This document shows, in pieces, positions 6,618-15,493 of a DNA stretch of 44,209 nt; position 1 is the stretch's first letter; each line of letters opens with the position of its first letter. Below the pieces are notes generated by a model, which was given only the letters and a program-made list of their open reading frames with translations, searched no databases and had not been told where the DNA came from. The stretch covers positions 1-44,209 of IMG/VR virus record IMGVR_UViG_3300005662_000076. One strand, 5' to 3'. This DNA is from a virus (taxonomy: Duplodnaviria; Caudoviricetes). A program made the translations under genes and the position numbers.

Positions 6618-7049
6618 TCAAACAGCAAGGGCACCAGAGGGGATTTCAACAACTTTGGGGAGTTCATTACCCAGTGGATTCATTTCATAACAAACCCATT
6701 CGCCATTGCGGAAAAGATAGTGATACTCTTCAGCATTTACAGCAAGAAGATAATCACACAGGTCAGCATCAAGGCGAGGAGGGCAATCTTCACCACGCTG
6801 AGAATAGTATTGGGGACCGTATTCTTCTACCTTAGTAGGATAAGAACCCCAACGGTCCCCAGTCCAACGATCATTAGTCCAAGCAGAACTCATGTCGCCA
6901 CCATCAATCAACTCAGCAGCGAGTGATTTGCCATTGTAGTGAGTGCTCAGGATGCGACCCAACCATTCGGGATAACCGTCCCAATGATGGTAGGCAGACA
7001 GGATAGAACCATCAGCGAGTTCAAGACCGATGCGAGCGCGGGTTCCCAT
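6618..7049 (-). CDS. conserved phage early protein of unknown function
   Basis: MGTRARIG...YHHWDGYPEWLG...EEYHYLF pattern. Confidence 0.8.
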   Translation of the reverse strand: MGTRARIGLELADGSILSAYHHWDGYPEWLGRILSTHYNGKSLAAELIDGGDMSSAWTNDRWTGDRWGSYPTKVEEYGPQYYSQRGEDCPPRLDADLCDYLLAVNAEEYHYLFRNGEWVCYEMNPLGNELPKVVEIPSGALAV

Positions 7050-7109
7050 TGCAAAAAAAGCGGAGAGTTTGATGTGGGTTTTGCGGAGCGGTGATCCCCC
7101 TCCACTTCC

Positions 7110-7877
7110 TTAATATAGGGCATCCAGCAGGGGATTCTGTGGATGGTGTGCCACTTCTTTAACTGGCACAGTATTGCTTACCCTATCCTCCGCAATCTTG
7201 TAATAATCTTCATCACTTTCAATACCAATAAAATTCCTATTGGATCTTACACATGCTACCCCCGTTGTTCCACTACCCATAGTATTATCCAAGACAGTAT
7301 CACCTTCATTGGTGTATGTTTTAATCAAGTACTCCATCAGTTCCACTGGTTTCTGTGTGGGATGCAATCCCTTTTCCTGTTTGAACTTTAGCACGGTTTT
7401 AGGATACCTTGATCCATCGGGATTGTCCCTATGTTTTGATTGTGCTTTACCATAAACCTCACCAATCTTACTTGTATCCGATGAAAATCCACTATACGGA
7501 GTTGAATACCACATCTGCGGATTGTATACTGGTTTTTTACGATAGAAAACCAGGATGTTTTCGTGAGACTTTAGTGGCATTACTTTGGCATTCATTGGAT
7601 TAGTTCCCTGAGGTTTCTCCCAAATCCATTCATACCTAAAGTTCTCAAGATTTGATGATGCCAGTATGGTAGTGAATGGTTGTGCTGCAGTGAATACCAT
7701 TGCACCATCATTCTTACAAACGCGATTATATTGCTCCCACAACTTATCAAGTGGAATGATACTATCCCACTTGCAGGCAGTTGTTCCATATGGTAAATCT
7801 ACCAACACAAGATCCACAGAATTGGATTCAAGTGTTGGTAGAATATCCAGACAATCTCCAAGATGAAGATTTACCAT
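7110..7877 (-). CDS. beta-class N4C/N6A DNA methyltransferase
   Basis: GDCLD...DLPYG (motif IV), HPTQKPVEL, VLDNTMGSGTTG (motif I), FIGIE. Confidence 0.92.
   Translation of the reverse strand: MVNLHLGDCLDILPTLESNSVDLVLVDLPYGTTACKWDSIIPLDKLWEQYNRVCKNDGAMVFTAAQPFTTILASSNLENFRYEWIWEKPQGTNPMNAKVMPLKSHENILVFYRKKPVYNPQMWYSTPYSGFSSDTSKIGEVYGKAQSKHRDNPDGSRYPKTVLKFKQEKGLHPTQKPVELMEYLIKTYTNEGDTVLDNTMGSGTTGVACVRSNRNFIGIESDEDYYKIAEDRVSNTVPVKEVAHHPQNPLLDALY
7112..7169 (-). promoter_or_regulatory. boxed early promoter inside the MTase 3' end
   Basis: box GTGCCACTTCTTTAACTGGCAC 7148-7169; -10 TATATT 7112-7117; no -35. Confidence 0.7.
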
Positions 7878-8404
7878 TCAGAAATATCCTTTACAAAATC
7901 ACATTCTAGCAAACCAGCGACATTTGTGCAAATATAATCATCATTACCAACTTTCTTACCACCCTGTTGCACATTAAAGTAACAGTTATCACTCTTCAGA
8001 TGCTCTTCAAAGTCTTCCTTAGTGATAAACACAATTCGGGCATCCGCTTCATCCTTATTGATACCACAGAAGATAAGACGCTCCCAGTCTTTTCCAACTG
8101 AAACGTGATTGATGATAAACTTATCTTTAACAACGCCCCCTTTGTTGTCACGAGTAGCTAGAGAAAACTTAATTTCAGTGAGATACTTAATGATACGATC
8201 GTGACCAGCGGTGGATGTAGCCGCTTTCTTTACTTCATGACCATCAATGGTCATATACTTAGAAACAAATCGCTCACCAAACTCACCCTTTTGCTTAGGT
8301 GATAGGTAAACATATCCTTGGAGTGGGGTTCCCTCCCAAGGATCTTGCAGATTATTTTGAATGTATTCCTGGAGCGTGCCGTCTTCAAAAATTGTGGTAA
8401 ACAT
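7871..8404 (-). CDS. putative PD-(D/E)xK restriction endonuclease
   Basis: KQKGEFGE...GHDRII...EIKFS catalytic pattern; overlaps the MTase by 7 nt. Confidence 0.65.
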   Translation of the reverse strand: MFTTIFEDGTLQEYIQNNLQDPWEGTPLQGYVYLSPKQKGEFGERFVSKYMTIDGHEVKKAATSTAGHDRIIKYLTEIKFSLATRDNKGGVVKDKFIINHVSVGKDWERLIFCGINKDEADARIVFITKEDFEEHLKSDNCYFNVQQGGKKVGNDDYICTNVAGLLECDFVKDISEW

Positions 8405-8426
8405 TTTGATCGTTGAATACTTGTAT

Positions 8427-8484
8427 ATTATAGTGCCCCCCCGCGTTGTTATGGGAGTGCTTGTGCCACTTTTCTAACTGTCCC
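8427..8484 (-). promoter_or_regulatory. boxed early promoter for the R-M pair
   Basis: box GTGCCACTTTTCTAACTGTCCC 8463-8484; -10 TATAAT 8427-8432. Confidence 0.75.
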
Positions 8485-8818
8485 CCATACGCTTGACCAG
8501 TTTGTAAATTCCATATGCTGCACCAGCGAGTAAGAAATAAGGCCAAAAAGAAATAAACAATACGATTGCTGCCAGTACAGCAACTGCGGTCCAACTTGGT
8601 TCAATCAATTGTCTTGGTTCATCATCATCGTCATCATCACGACTGGAAGAACTGCCATAGGTTGCCGATGGATTGAGTGATTTGATTTCTTTCGCAGCAA
8701 ACATCGTCATACATTGTGCTGCTGCATCCTGTCTGTTATTATTGGGACTCACAAACTCAACCACCTCAAGGCGGTTGGATTGAGTCATAATAACTGCTCT
8801 CCAAGATTGTTGTGCCAT
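8474..8818 (-). CDS. membrane protein
   Basis: C-terminal hydrophobic hairpin after an acidic D-run. Confidence 0.75.
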   Translation of the reverse strand: MAQQSWRAVIMTQSNRLEVVEFVSPNNNRQDAAAQCMTMFAAKEIKSLNPSATYGSSSSRDDDDDDEPRQLIEPSWTAVAVLAAIVLFISFWPYFLLAGAAYGIYKLVKRMGDS

Positions 8819-8909
8819 TAGTCGTCAATGTCATCAAGATGATTAAACCAGGGCGAGAACAATGCAGTCAACGCCCAGGCAACTCCGAAGGAGATAATCA
8901 GAAAGTATA

Positions 8910-9353
8910 TCATTTCTGATACAGGTAACCACCAGACCAGTCAGCATTCTCAAGCAACCACTCACGATCTTTGATCAAACGCAGATCGTAGCGAACTCCT
9001 TTAGCAGGTGCTTTCCAGGTGGATGGTTTATACACTTCGCCAGTCTTCTGATCTACAAATGCGTGAACTGAGCGTCCACCACCACCATTAACAAAGATAA
9101 CTTTGTGATACTTTTTGCCAGACTCTACAACATAATCAATGTCACATTGCCCATTTTTCAGTTCATCAATCTTACGCTGATGATATTCTTGAGTTTCGGG
9201 ATCATTGATAAACTTTTGATGCCCACGAATAGAATACTCAACATAATTCTGCTTCAGTGCTTCAATCAGCAGGTAAGTATTCTTGAGAACATTGTCAGCA
9301 ATCGTCTGTCGTGCCTCTGCCTGGGCAGCGTAGTCAACAAATGCAGTGCTCAT
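8910..9353 (-). CDS. conserved phage early protein
   Basis: GKKYHKV...SVHAFVDQKTGEVYKPSTWKAPAKGVRY...DWSGGYLY. Confidence 0.85.
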   Translation of the reverse strand: MSTAFVDYAAQAEARQTIADNVLKNTYLLIEALKQNYVEYSIRGHQKFINDPETQEYHQRKIDELKNGQCDIDYVVESGKKYHKVIFVNGGGGRSVHAFVDQKTGEVYKPSTWKAPAKGVRYDLRLIKDREWLLENADWSGGYLYQK

Positions 9354-9375
9354 TGGGTTTGTTGCGTATTAAAGT

Positions 9376-9433
9376 ATTATAGGGCACCCAGTGCCTGCTG
9401 GAATGCCCTATGTGCCACTTATTTAACTGGTTG
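9376..9433 (-). promoter_or_regulatory. boxed early promoter with stem-loop spacer
   Basis: box 9412-9433; -10 TATAAT 9376-9381; ATAGGGCA...TGCCCTAT inverted repeat 9379-9411. Confidence 0.75.
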
Positions 9434-9598
9434 GGTATCCCCTTTACCTTCAAGGGTTCTTACCATAAGTTCAGTGAACTTTTCCATTTTTTCTGGGGAG
9501 ACTGTGCTCGGATTATACTTGATCGCATCCTTGAGAGCAACCAACTCACTCCATTCTTCTTGGGTAAGGTAAGAATTTCCTGTCTTGGCAAGGGTCAT
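9419..9598 (-). CDS. hypothetical protein (59 aa)
   Basis: hand-translated MTLAKTGNSYLTQEEWSELVALKDAIKYNP... Confidence 0.7.
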   Translation of the reverse strand: MTLAKTGNSYLTQEEWSELVALKDAIKYNPSTVSPEKMEKFTELMVRTLEGKGDTQPVK

Positions 9599-9687
9599 AG
9601 TTTCTTGTGTATGTGAGGATATTCTAACAGTATTTAACCCATTGGACTCATTTCTTAATATTCACTTTAGATTGTAGCAACATTTCT

Positions 9688-9912
9688 TTACTCATTTGAT
9701 AATGGACCCCACGATCCACTGCTACCAGGTCTTCGTTGCTCTAATTTGTCCATCAAACTATCAAAAGTTTGAAGATGATCAATTTCTTGAATTATCTTTG
9801 AAATTGTTGCACATACTAATGGGCGTTCTTGCCTAGCAGCATAAGCAAGTGCGTTTCTAAGACTTGCTTCTGCTTCCTTTAAACTTGATTCAACAGATTC
9901 AGACAGTGCCAT
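9688..9912 (-). CDS. hypothetical helical protein
   Basis: ORF track. Confidence 0.75.
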   Translation of the reverse strand: MALSESVESSLKEAEASLRNALAYAARQERPLVCATISKIIQEIDHLQTFDSLMDKLEQRRPGSSGSWGPLSNE

Positions 9913-10549
9913 TTACTTTCCTCACTTCAAAACTACCATCACCACGATCAATCCATTCTACAGTATCACCCTCTTTAAGTCCAGCACGTTCTAATAGGTC
10001 ATCGGGGAGATTCACAAAACAATCACCCGTCAATCCATCAACCTGAACAGGAAGTTGCCACTTAACTACTCTGTCTCCAAATGGATTTGGTCTATTTGGG
10101 TCATTTCTATCATACTCATACCAATATTTGGAGTGACTCATACCATTGACAGAGTATCCATCAACCATCAGAGAAGATTCTTTATTGTAATATTCGGCTT
10201 CCCTTAATTGATATTCACCAATAGTATCGTTAGACCAAAAATCACTCCAAGAAGTCATACATTCTGGTGAAGTATCATCAGCACTACAAGATGAGAATGT
10301 AAAAGTACTTGGGGGTTCGTAGTAATCTCTTTCCTTCAAAACATCTTCTTTGGTCCAACCACTATTCAAAAGATTAAGAAGTTCTTCTGACTGGTCTGCT
10401 TGTTGTTTATGGTAATCGCGGTTTTCTTTTACTACACCAATGATTACATCATAAATCTCCCGTGGAGTTGCTTCAGCAGAAGACATTGCATCATGCAGCC
10501 ATTTCTCTAGATTTTCAAGTGAATACTTTTTGTAATTAAAGTCAGTCAT
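9899..10549 (-). CDS. protein with C-terminal AbrB/MazE/SpoVT-like DNA-binding domain
   Basis: C-terminal VNLPDDLLERAGLKEGDTVEWIDRGDGSFEVRKV; start set at MTDFNYKK. Confidence 0.7.
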   Translation of the reverse strand: MTDFNYKKYSLENLEKWLHDAMSSAEATPREIYDVIIGVVKENRDYHKQQADQSEELLNLLNSGWTKEDVLKERDYYEPPSTFTFSSCSADDTSPECMTSWSDFWSNDTIGEYQLREAEYYNKESSLMVDGYSVNGMSHSKYWYEYDRNDPNRPNPFGDRVVKWQLPVQVDGLTGDCFVNLPDDLLERAGLKEGDTVEWIDRGDGSFEVRKVNGTV

Positions 10550-10720
10550 TTCTTGGTTTGGGTTTAGAGCAGTCGTGGCAGTAGTAAGAGAAACCATCAC
10601 GGAAGTATTTTACACGTTGATAGTGCTGTTCGTCAAGTGGTTTTATTTCCTCACAGTTAGAGCACTTTCGTAGTCCCGATTCCAGTGTTTCCCCAGATTC
10701 TCCTTTCTTTCTTACGGAGT
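10542..10720 (-). CDS. small Zn-ribbon protein, start uncertain
   Basis: CSNC...CHDC in the 3' part of ORF-track 10542..10862. Confidence 0.45.
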
Positions 10721-10866
10721 TTCTTAAGTTCTTTGTAAAGTTCCTTGATTTGCTGATAAGCATCTTCTGGTGACATCTTATGTGCGATTTCAAGTCCTGC
10801 AATGAGACCCACTTTATCACCAAACCTTGCGAGTGCTCGTTCATATTGTGACAAATTTTCATACAT
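10657..10866 (-). CDS. small protein resembling a conserved cyanobacterial hypothetical family
   Basis: FGDKVGLIAGLEIAHKMSPEDAYQQIKELYKELK pattern; recognised from memory only. Confidence 0.6.
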   Translation of the reverse strand: MYENLSQYERALARFGDKVGLIAGLEIAHKMSPEDAYQQIKELYKELKKLRKKERRIWGNTGIGTTKVL

Positions 10867-11080
10867 TGTTCTTAAATCCTTCAATGGTAATGATATCTAT
10901 ACGAGCATCAACAGCATCAATGGAACTTGAAAGTTCATAGAAGCAGTTACTGTTCTCTACATTCTCTGCTTCAAGTGCTTCAATGCGTTCTTGTAGTTCA
11001 ATGAGTTTAGAATAAACATCAACATCTGAAATAGGAACTTCACTTGGAGAAAAGAACCATTGAATAAACTTTCTAATCAT
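10859..11080 (-). CDS. coiled-coil hypothetical protein
   Basis: ORF track. Confidence 0.7.
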   Translation of the reverse strand: MIRKFIQWFFSPSEVPISDVDVYSKLIELQERIEALEAENVENSNCFYELSSSIDAVDARIDIITIEGFKNNV

Positions 11081-11244
11081 AGGAGTTTTGTCCAGAATTG
11101 CTCACCTTTTTGAAGTGCTAATACTGCTGTTGTATGTTCCCTTGCGTGCCTATCAAGGTCTTTTTCTTCAAAATAAAGATTAGACCGATAGACAGCACAT
11201 CTGAAAATATCAGCCCACAGTTGCTGATTCGGTGTCAGTTTCAT
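11077..11244 (-). CDS. hypothetical protein (55 aa), REHTT-motif family
   Basis: ORF track; start MKLTPNQQ. Confidence 0.7.
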   Translation of the reverse strand: MKLTPNQQLWADIFRCAVYRSNLYFEEKDLDRHAREHTTAVLALQKGEQFWTKLL

Positions 11245-11440
11245 TCTTATTAAATCCGAATTTGATTTTCTCTTCTTCTGCGCGAAGTTTGTGAGCAAGA
11301 CCACAAACTGTTTCCATTACTTTCAGCGTGTCTTCTGTCGTAGCACCTCCAGGCATACGATTACGAACAATTTCAAATAGTGGAAAGAATTGCTCTGCTG
11401 CTACCTGTACTTCTTCAGGAGTTAGTGGTTTGTTGTTCAT
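11210..11440 (-). CDS. hypothetical protein
   Basis: ORF track. Confidence 0.7.
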   Translation of the reverse strand: MNNKPLTPEEVQVAAEQFFPLFEIVRNRMPGGATTEDTLKVMETVCGLAHKLRAEEEKIKFGFNKNETDTESATVG

Positions 11441-11549
11441 TTACTTTTTTCACCGTATCGTGTAGTTGTTTCAGTGCTTCAATAGTTTCAGGTGTCTCTT
11501 CCCATTCCCAGGAATTACCATTCTTATCTACAAAGGTGCGTGTGGTCAT
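11415..11549 (-). CDS. hypothetical protein (44 aa)
   Basis: hand-translated MTTRTFVDKNGNSWEWEETPETIEALK... Confidence 0.55.
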   Translation of the reverse strand: MTTRTFVDKNGNSWEWEETPETIEALKQLHDTVKKVNEQQTTNS

Positions 11550-11772
11550 ACTTTTTAAAACAAACAGAATTAAATTTACCTTTTATTCCACGAAAATAAA
11601 GTTTCGTGTGATATGAGTGAAGTTCTACTTTTTTAATCGTGTAGATGTCTCCCTCTATCATTACTTTCCTAGGGTCATCATTAGAACCCCAGGAAACTTG
11701 TTCGTCAATGCAACCAATGAAGATTGCACGATCTCCTGCCTTAAAATCTTCCATTAGATATGTGTTAGGCAC
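11524..11772 (-). CDS. hypothetical protein, small beta-barrel-like
   Basis: ORF track; FKAGD...FNSVCF. Confidence 0.7.
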   Translation of the reverse strand: MPNTYLMEDFKAGDRAIFIGCIDEQVSWGSNDDPRKVMIEGDIYTIKKVELHSYHTKLYFRGIKGKFNSVCFKKYDHTHLCR

Positions 11773-11778
11773 ACATAT

Positions 11779-11988
11779 TTAGAGTTTTCCTCCCACAAAT
11801 GAGTCATAAGTTTGCGTTTTATCAAAACCCTCTTGAAGACCCTTAAGATACCAACGAGTGGCAGAAATGCAGAGTTCCTCAGTCAGTGAGGTAATAATTC
11901 CTTTGCCATCAGGATAGTGAGATTGCCAAGTGCCCCAACGCTTTTTCTCCACGTAGAACGCATCATCATCGTAAAACTTTTTATCCAT
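11779..11988 (-). CDS. hypothetical protein
   Basis: ORF track. Confidence 0.75.
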   Translation of the reverse strand: MDKKFYDDDAFYVEKKRWGTWQSHYPDGKGIITSLTEELCISATRWYLKGLQEGFDKTQTYDSFVGGKL

Positions 11989-12160
11989 AATGACTTAATT
12001 GTCGGTTCAATTCAACTTGTATGGGGATTAGGTGTTGGTAAAAGTACTTTTCATACTCATTACCCTCTAGTATTTTAACAAGACTTTCAACTTGTGTCAA
12101 GGCAAGAACAAGATTAATTTTTTGGTTTTGACTTTCTTGTTCGCTTTTTTGGTTGTTCAT
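11981..12160 (-). CDS. hypothetical protein
   Basis: ORF track; ATG 12160. Confidence 0.65.
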   Translation of the reverse strand: MNNQKSEQESQNQKINLVLALTQVESLVKILEGNEYEKYFYQHLIPIQVELNRQLSHYG

Positions 12161-12323
12161 CACGATAATCAATTTTGACTTTTTTTTCATCTAATCCATA
12201 TCTGGTTAGATATCTTTTTAAATGTTCCTCGCAGGAGAACCAACAGATTGTGCTATTCTTCTTTTCACCAAACTCTAATCTGAATGGATGATTTTCGTGT
12301 GGGAATAGTGATGTATCAATCAT
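12114..12323 (-). CDS. hypothetical protein with basic tail
   Basis: ORF track. Confidence 0.7.
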   Translation of the reverse strand: MIDTSLFPHENHPFRLEFGEKKNSTICWFSCEEHLKRYLTRYGLDEKKVKIDYRDEQPKKRTRKSKPKN

Positions 12324-12715
12324 TGACCTGTTACATCCTCATAATCAACTACTCTACCATACTTGAAATGGATTTTACATCGGGGCCAATCTTCCCATTC
12401 ACCGTCCCATTTTGCAGGATATACTTCAATGTATTTTGTCAAATGCCAAGGGGAAACTTTACCACGATTACCATTTGAAATCCACTTAAAATTTAACCAT
12501 TGTCTATCAGCATTATATTCTGGATCCCCATCTTCGTATATTTTAAGATCAGAAGTTCTGGAGTAATCAATATGATACAAATATCCGTGAGGATCTAACC
12601 AGTAATAGGACATTGTGCCTCCAATGCCATCCTCAATATCTTTTGTTTGTAGTTCTACCTCAGTGAATTGCTCACCCAAATCATAAGATGAACGAACATA
12701 ATCAAACATCCCCAT
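12320..12715 (-). CDS. conserved phage protein (MGMFDY...QTKD family)
   Basis: ORF track; start MGMFDY. Confidence 0.8.
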   Translation of the reverse strand: MGMFDYVRSSYDLGEQFTEVELQTKDIEDGIGGTMSYYWLDPHGYLYHIDYSRTSDLKIYEDGDPEYNADRQWLNFKWISNGNRGKVSPWHLTKYIEVYPAKWDGEWEDWPRCKIHFKYGRVVDYEDVTGQ

Positions 12716-13013
12716 CGTCTTCCTCCTCAAAAAGGTCTTTCACTTCTTCAAGAGTGTAAGTCTTTACCTTTCCACTATCAATATCATCAACCATTTGATG
12801 TAGATACTCAAGGAACTCTTTAGGATATGTATCATCCTCATTCAGAGAAGTCCAGAACCAATCTTTACATTCTTCCTCTGGATCATCCTCTCGCATTAGT
12901 GCATAACCATCATAATTTGAAGTCATCAGGTCACTCCAAATCCTAAAGTTACTTCTAAAGGAAAAGAACCAAGTTGGTATAAGGTGTTGGAAGATATATT
13001 CTATCCGTGTCAT
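12702..13013 (-). CDS. acidic hypothetical protein
   Basis: ORF track. Confidence 0.75.
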   Translation of the reverse strand: MTRIEYIFQHLIPTWFFSFRSNFRIWSDLMTSNYDGYALMREDDPEEECKDWFWTSLNEDDTYPKEFLEYLHQMVDDIDSGKVKTYTLEEVKDLFEEEDDGDV

Positions 13014-13450
13014 AATGCCTCAGCACTCATCGCATCCATTTCCTCCTCAGTATAATCAGGGGCTTCTGGATTTTCACATCGTGAAAGTTTTGCTTTCAAA
13101 TCGCGAACTTGTTTTTCCAAATCATAAATCTTGTTTTCCAGAGGAATAACTTTGTTTGCATATTCTTCTGAGAGATACAAGTCATACTCGTCAGCAACCT
13201 TTTTCATATCTTCAAAACTACGCATATCATTAAATGCAAGCGAACAAGCACCTTTCATAATACCAAAATCATTATGTCCCATCGTGCGGGCAATAGTTCC
13301 AAAGAAGCGGAACAGTTGCATACTGTTAATATCCTCAACAGGAATCTCAAAAGTATAATGCTCCTCTGGAAGAGTTTCATCGTCATAAACTCCACCAGTA
13401 GAAGTCCATTCCGTATCAAATTTAACCTTGAGAGTTGCTTTGTAGGTCAT
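13010..13450 (-). CDS. hypothetical protein
   Basis: ORF track; first gene after a boxed promoter. Confidence 0.8.
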   Translation of the reverse strand: MTYKATLKVKFDTEWTSTGGVYDDETLPEEHYTFEIPVEDINSMQLFRFFGTIARTMGHNDFGIMKGACSLAFNDMRSFEDMKKVADEYDLYLSEEYANKVIPLENKIYDLEKQVRDLKAKLSRCENPEAPDYTEEEMDAMSAEAL

Positions 13451-13472
13451 TTGTTTGGATCTTTATTCACAT

Positions 13473-13530
13473 ACTATAAAACCTCTTGACGGTGAAGTCA
13501 AGAGGTAGTGGACAGTTTAGAAAGTGTACT
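13473..13530 (-). promoter_or_regulatory. boxed early promoter with nested terminator
   Basis: box 13509-13530; TTGACT-N17-TATAGT; stem ACCTCTTGAC/GTCAAGAGGT 13481-13506 plus T-tract. Confidence 0.8.
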
Positions 13531-13990
13531 CCTTCCACTCATCGATCTTGCAGTTGATAAGGGCAAACTGCATCTTGTTGTGTGGTGCTCTTGGTTTCCT
13601 TATCAGTTTCATTCCAGTTTGTTCCAAGAATGTATGTCCCTTTTTGGTATTACAGGTAGAACAAGCAACCACAAGATTCTCCCAACTATCACCACCACCA
13701 CGACATCTTGGAATGACATGATCTATCGTGAGTCTCCTTGTAGATCCGCAATATTGGCAAGTATTATTGTCTCTCTTGTAAATCATTGACCTTGATGGTT
13801 TACAAGATACAATACGAGACAGTGGAACTCTTACATAATTCAACAATCTTATTACTCTACTGGAAAGCATCTGTGCTTTCTCTTTCAGCAGAAGAACAAT
13901 TGCTCGCTTCCAACTTGCGATATGAAGAGGTTCATATGATGAGTTTAATACTAAAACCGTTGTATTCGGTTGGATTTTTATTCCAGTCAT
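13517..13990 (-). CDS. HNH endonuclease (McrA-like)
   Basis: VLVLNSSYEPL, RDNNTCQYCG, TIDHVIP, WENLVVACSTCNTKKG. Confidence 0.92.
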   Translation of the reverse strand: MTGIKIQPNTTVLVLNSSYEPLHIASWKRAIVLLLKEKAQMLSSRVIRLLNYVRVPLSRIVSCKPSRSMIYKRDNNTCQYCGSTRRLTIDHVIPRCRGGGDSWENLVVACSTCNTKKGHTFLEQTGMKLIRKPRAPHNKMQFALINCKIDEWKEYTF

Positions 13991-14021
13991 ACCTTTATTA
14001 GAGGTTCACATTATCTAGGTT

Positions 14022-14261
14022 CTAATGATATCCGCAAGGAACATATACCCTTTCAGTCCAAGTTCTTACATATCCGTGTCTCCATTCATTACCTGGAATA
14101 TATTGTTCACGATGGACAAGTTGGGTGCATACTGGGCGTGGAGCGTAGTAAACAGGACTACGATAGTATGCTCCATTCTCAAATGGTCTCCAGAACTGAT
14201 TCCAAGTGATGGCATTCGCTGGAAGTGCCATAAATGCCATAACAAAAATAAGATACTTCAT
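14022..14261 (-). CDS. exported small protein
   Basis: signal peptide MKYLIFVMAFMALPANA. Confidence 0.7.
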   Translation of the reverse strand: MKYLIFVMAFMALPANAITWNQFWRPFENGAYYRSPVYYAPRPVCTQLVHREQYIPGNEWRHGYVRTWTERVYVPCGYH

Positions 14262-14578
14262 CAGTCTCTTTGTCTCCAATCGTCTGGTTTGTCCCCAGTA
14301 AAGAAGTCAATAATATCATCAGCACCATTGAATCCTGTGCGATGATTTGAAGGATCAGGATCACCTAAGTCCAGTGCGTTCATAAAGTCATCTAAACTGC
14401 CCTCTTTCATATCGGGGTTGGCAGCACGGCGTCTCGCTTGCCTGAGAATAGTTGCAGCTGATCTATTTGCCTTTGCCAATTTCTCTGCCCAAATCATATC
14501 TTCCAAACCCACTTCCTTGTGCATCGCAATTTTGTTGCAGATTTCTTCAAGGCGAATGCGGTATTGCGTAGAGAGCAT
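14261..14578 (-). CDS. conserved phage hypothetical protein
   Basis: ORF track; ATAAATA at 14600-14606 upstream. Confidence 0.8.
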   Translation of the reverse strand: MLSTQYRIRLEEICNKIAMHKEVGLEDMIWAEKLAKANRSAATILRQARRRAANPDMKEGSLDDFMNALDLGDPDPSNHRTGFNGADDIIDFFTGDKPDDWRQRD

Positions 14579-14598
14579 ATGTATTATTAAGATAATGA

Positions 14599-14838
14599 TT
14601 ATTTATTTCTTGATTCTAACTCTTGTTGTAGTTCTTTCGCAAGTCTATATGCTCGTCTCCACATCATATACTTTACAATAGGATTTGCTGGATTGTGTAA
14701 GATCCACCACTTTACCTTTTCATATTCTACTCTTGCCAATTGAGTAAGCATATAGAATGCCCTCGCTACGGATTGATCTGTTACAATCAAGTAACCAACA
14801 CAAAAGAAGATAATAAAGTAAATGTATGAAACATTCAT
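14599..14838 (-). CDS. membrane-anchored hypothetical protein
   Basis: N-terminal TM segment. Confidence 0.7.
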   Translation of the reverse strand: MNVSYIYFIIFFCVGYLIVTDQSVARAFYMLTQLARVEYEKVKWWILHNPANPIVKYMMWRRAYRLAKELQQELESRNK

Positions 14839-15008
14839 TGTCTTAATGTTTTAAGATATTCTAACACATTCTCACGAACTGCCATGAGTTCATTGTAACA
14901 AAGTTGATTGTGAGCACAGTTGCGAAGTTCAGCATCTGGTTTGAGCACACTTTCCTCAAAGAGAGTCAGTCCGCGATTCCACTTTTCAGTTTGAGTTTCT
15001 TCATTCAT
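14835..15008 (-). CDS. hypothetical protein (57 aa)
   Basis: hand-translated MNEETQTEKWNRGLTLFEESVLKPDAELRNCAHNQLCY... Confidence 0.7.
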   Translation of the reverse strand: MNEETQTEKWNRGLTLFEESVLKPDAELRNCAHNQLCYNELMAVRENVLEYLKTLRQ

Positions 15009-15169
15009 TTTTTTACTACTTTAATGGGGCAGGAAGGAATAACTTTACGGACTTCTTGGATAATTTCGGATTTTTGAACTTCAGTAAGTCCTACAACACT
15101 AACAAGACGGTGAACAATACTCAACGCTTGTGTGCATGATATGGTTGTTGTGAGTAACAGAGCAACCAT
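15005..15169 (-). CDS. hypothetical protein (54 aa)
   Basis: hand-translated; AGGAG SD; ATGA overlap. Confidence 0.65.
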   Translation of the reverse strand: MVALLLTTTISCTQALSIVHRLVSVVGLTEVQKSEIIQEVRKVIPSCPIKVVKK

Positions 15170-15214
15170 AGTTTTCTCCTATTCTACTACTATTTAAGAT
15201 AGTTTAATTCTAAA

Positions 15215-15415
15215 TCACTTTTCAACCTTCCAGTGCTCATTACCTTTCTTTGGCACCCAGAAGAAGTATTGCTTATTCAGGGAAGCAAGGAATAGCATAT
15301 CATCAGTTTCTTGCTCAACAAGACAAGAATGAAACTTCTCCATCTGATTGGCAAACCTGTTCTTTGCCTTGCTTGATAGTGGACTGACGCAAACGAACTT
15401 TGATTTGGTTTTCAT
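15215..15415 (-). CDS. hypothetical early protein
   Basis: ORF track; start MKTKSKF downstream of the promoter. Confidence 0.75.
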   Translation of the reverse strand: MKTKSKFVCVSPLSSKAKNRFANQMEKFHSCLVEQETDDMLFLASLNKQYFFWVPKKGNEHWKVEK

Positions 15416-15435
15416 AATGGGTTGAATGAACTTGA

Positions 15436-15493
15436 ATTCTACTCTGGGTTGGTGCTGGTCAAATGAACACTGTGCCACTTTTTGGATTGGCAC
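15436..15493 (-). promoter_or_regulatory. boxed early promoter
   Basis: box GTGCCACTTTTTGGATTGGCAC 15472-15493; -10 TAGAAT 15436-15441. Confidence 0.7.

Noticed and set aside
13517-13990. HNH gene as an intron-encoded homing endonuclease
   Set aside because: Free-standing between intact genes; McrA-like family; no interrupted gene or intron structure seen
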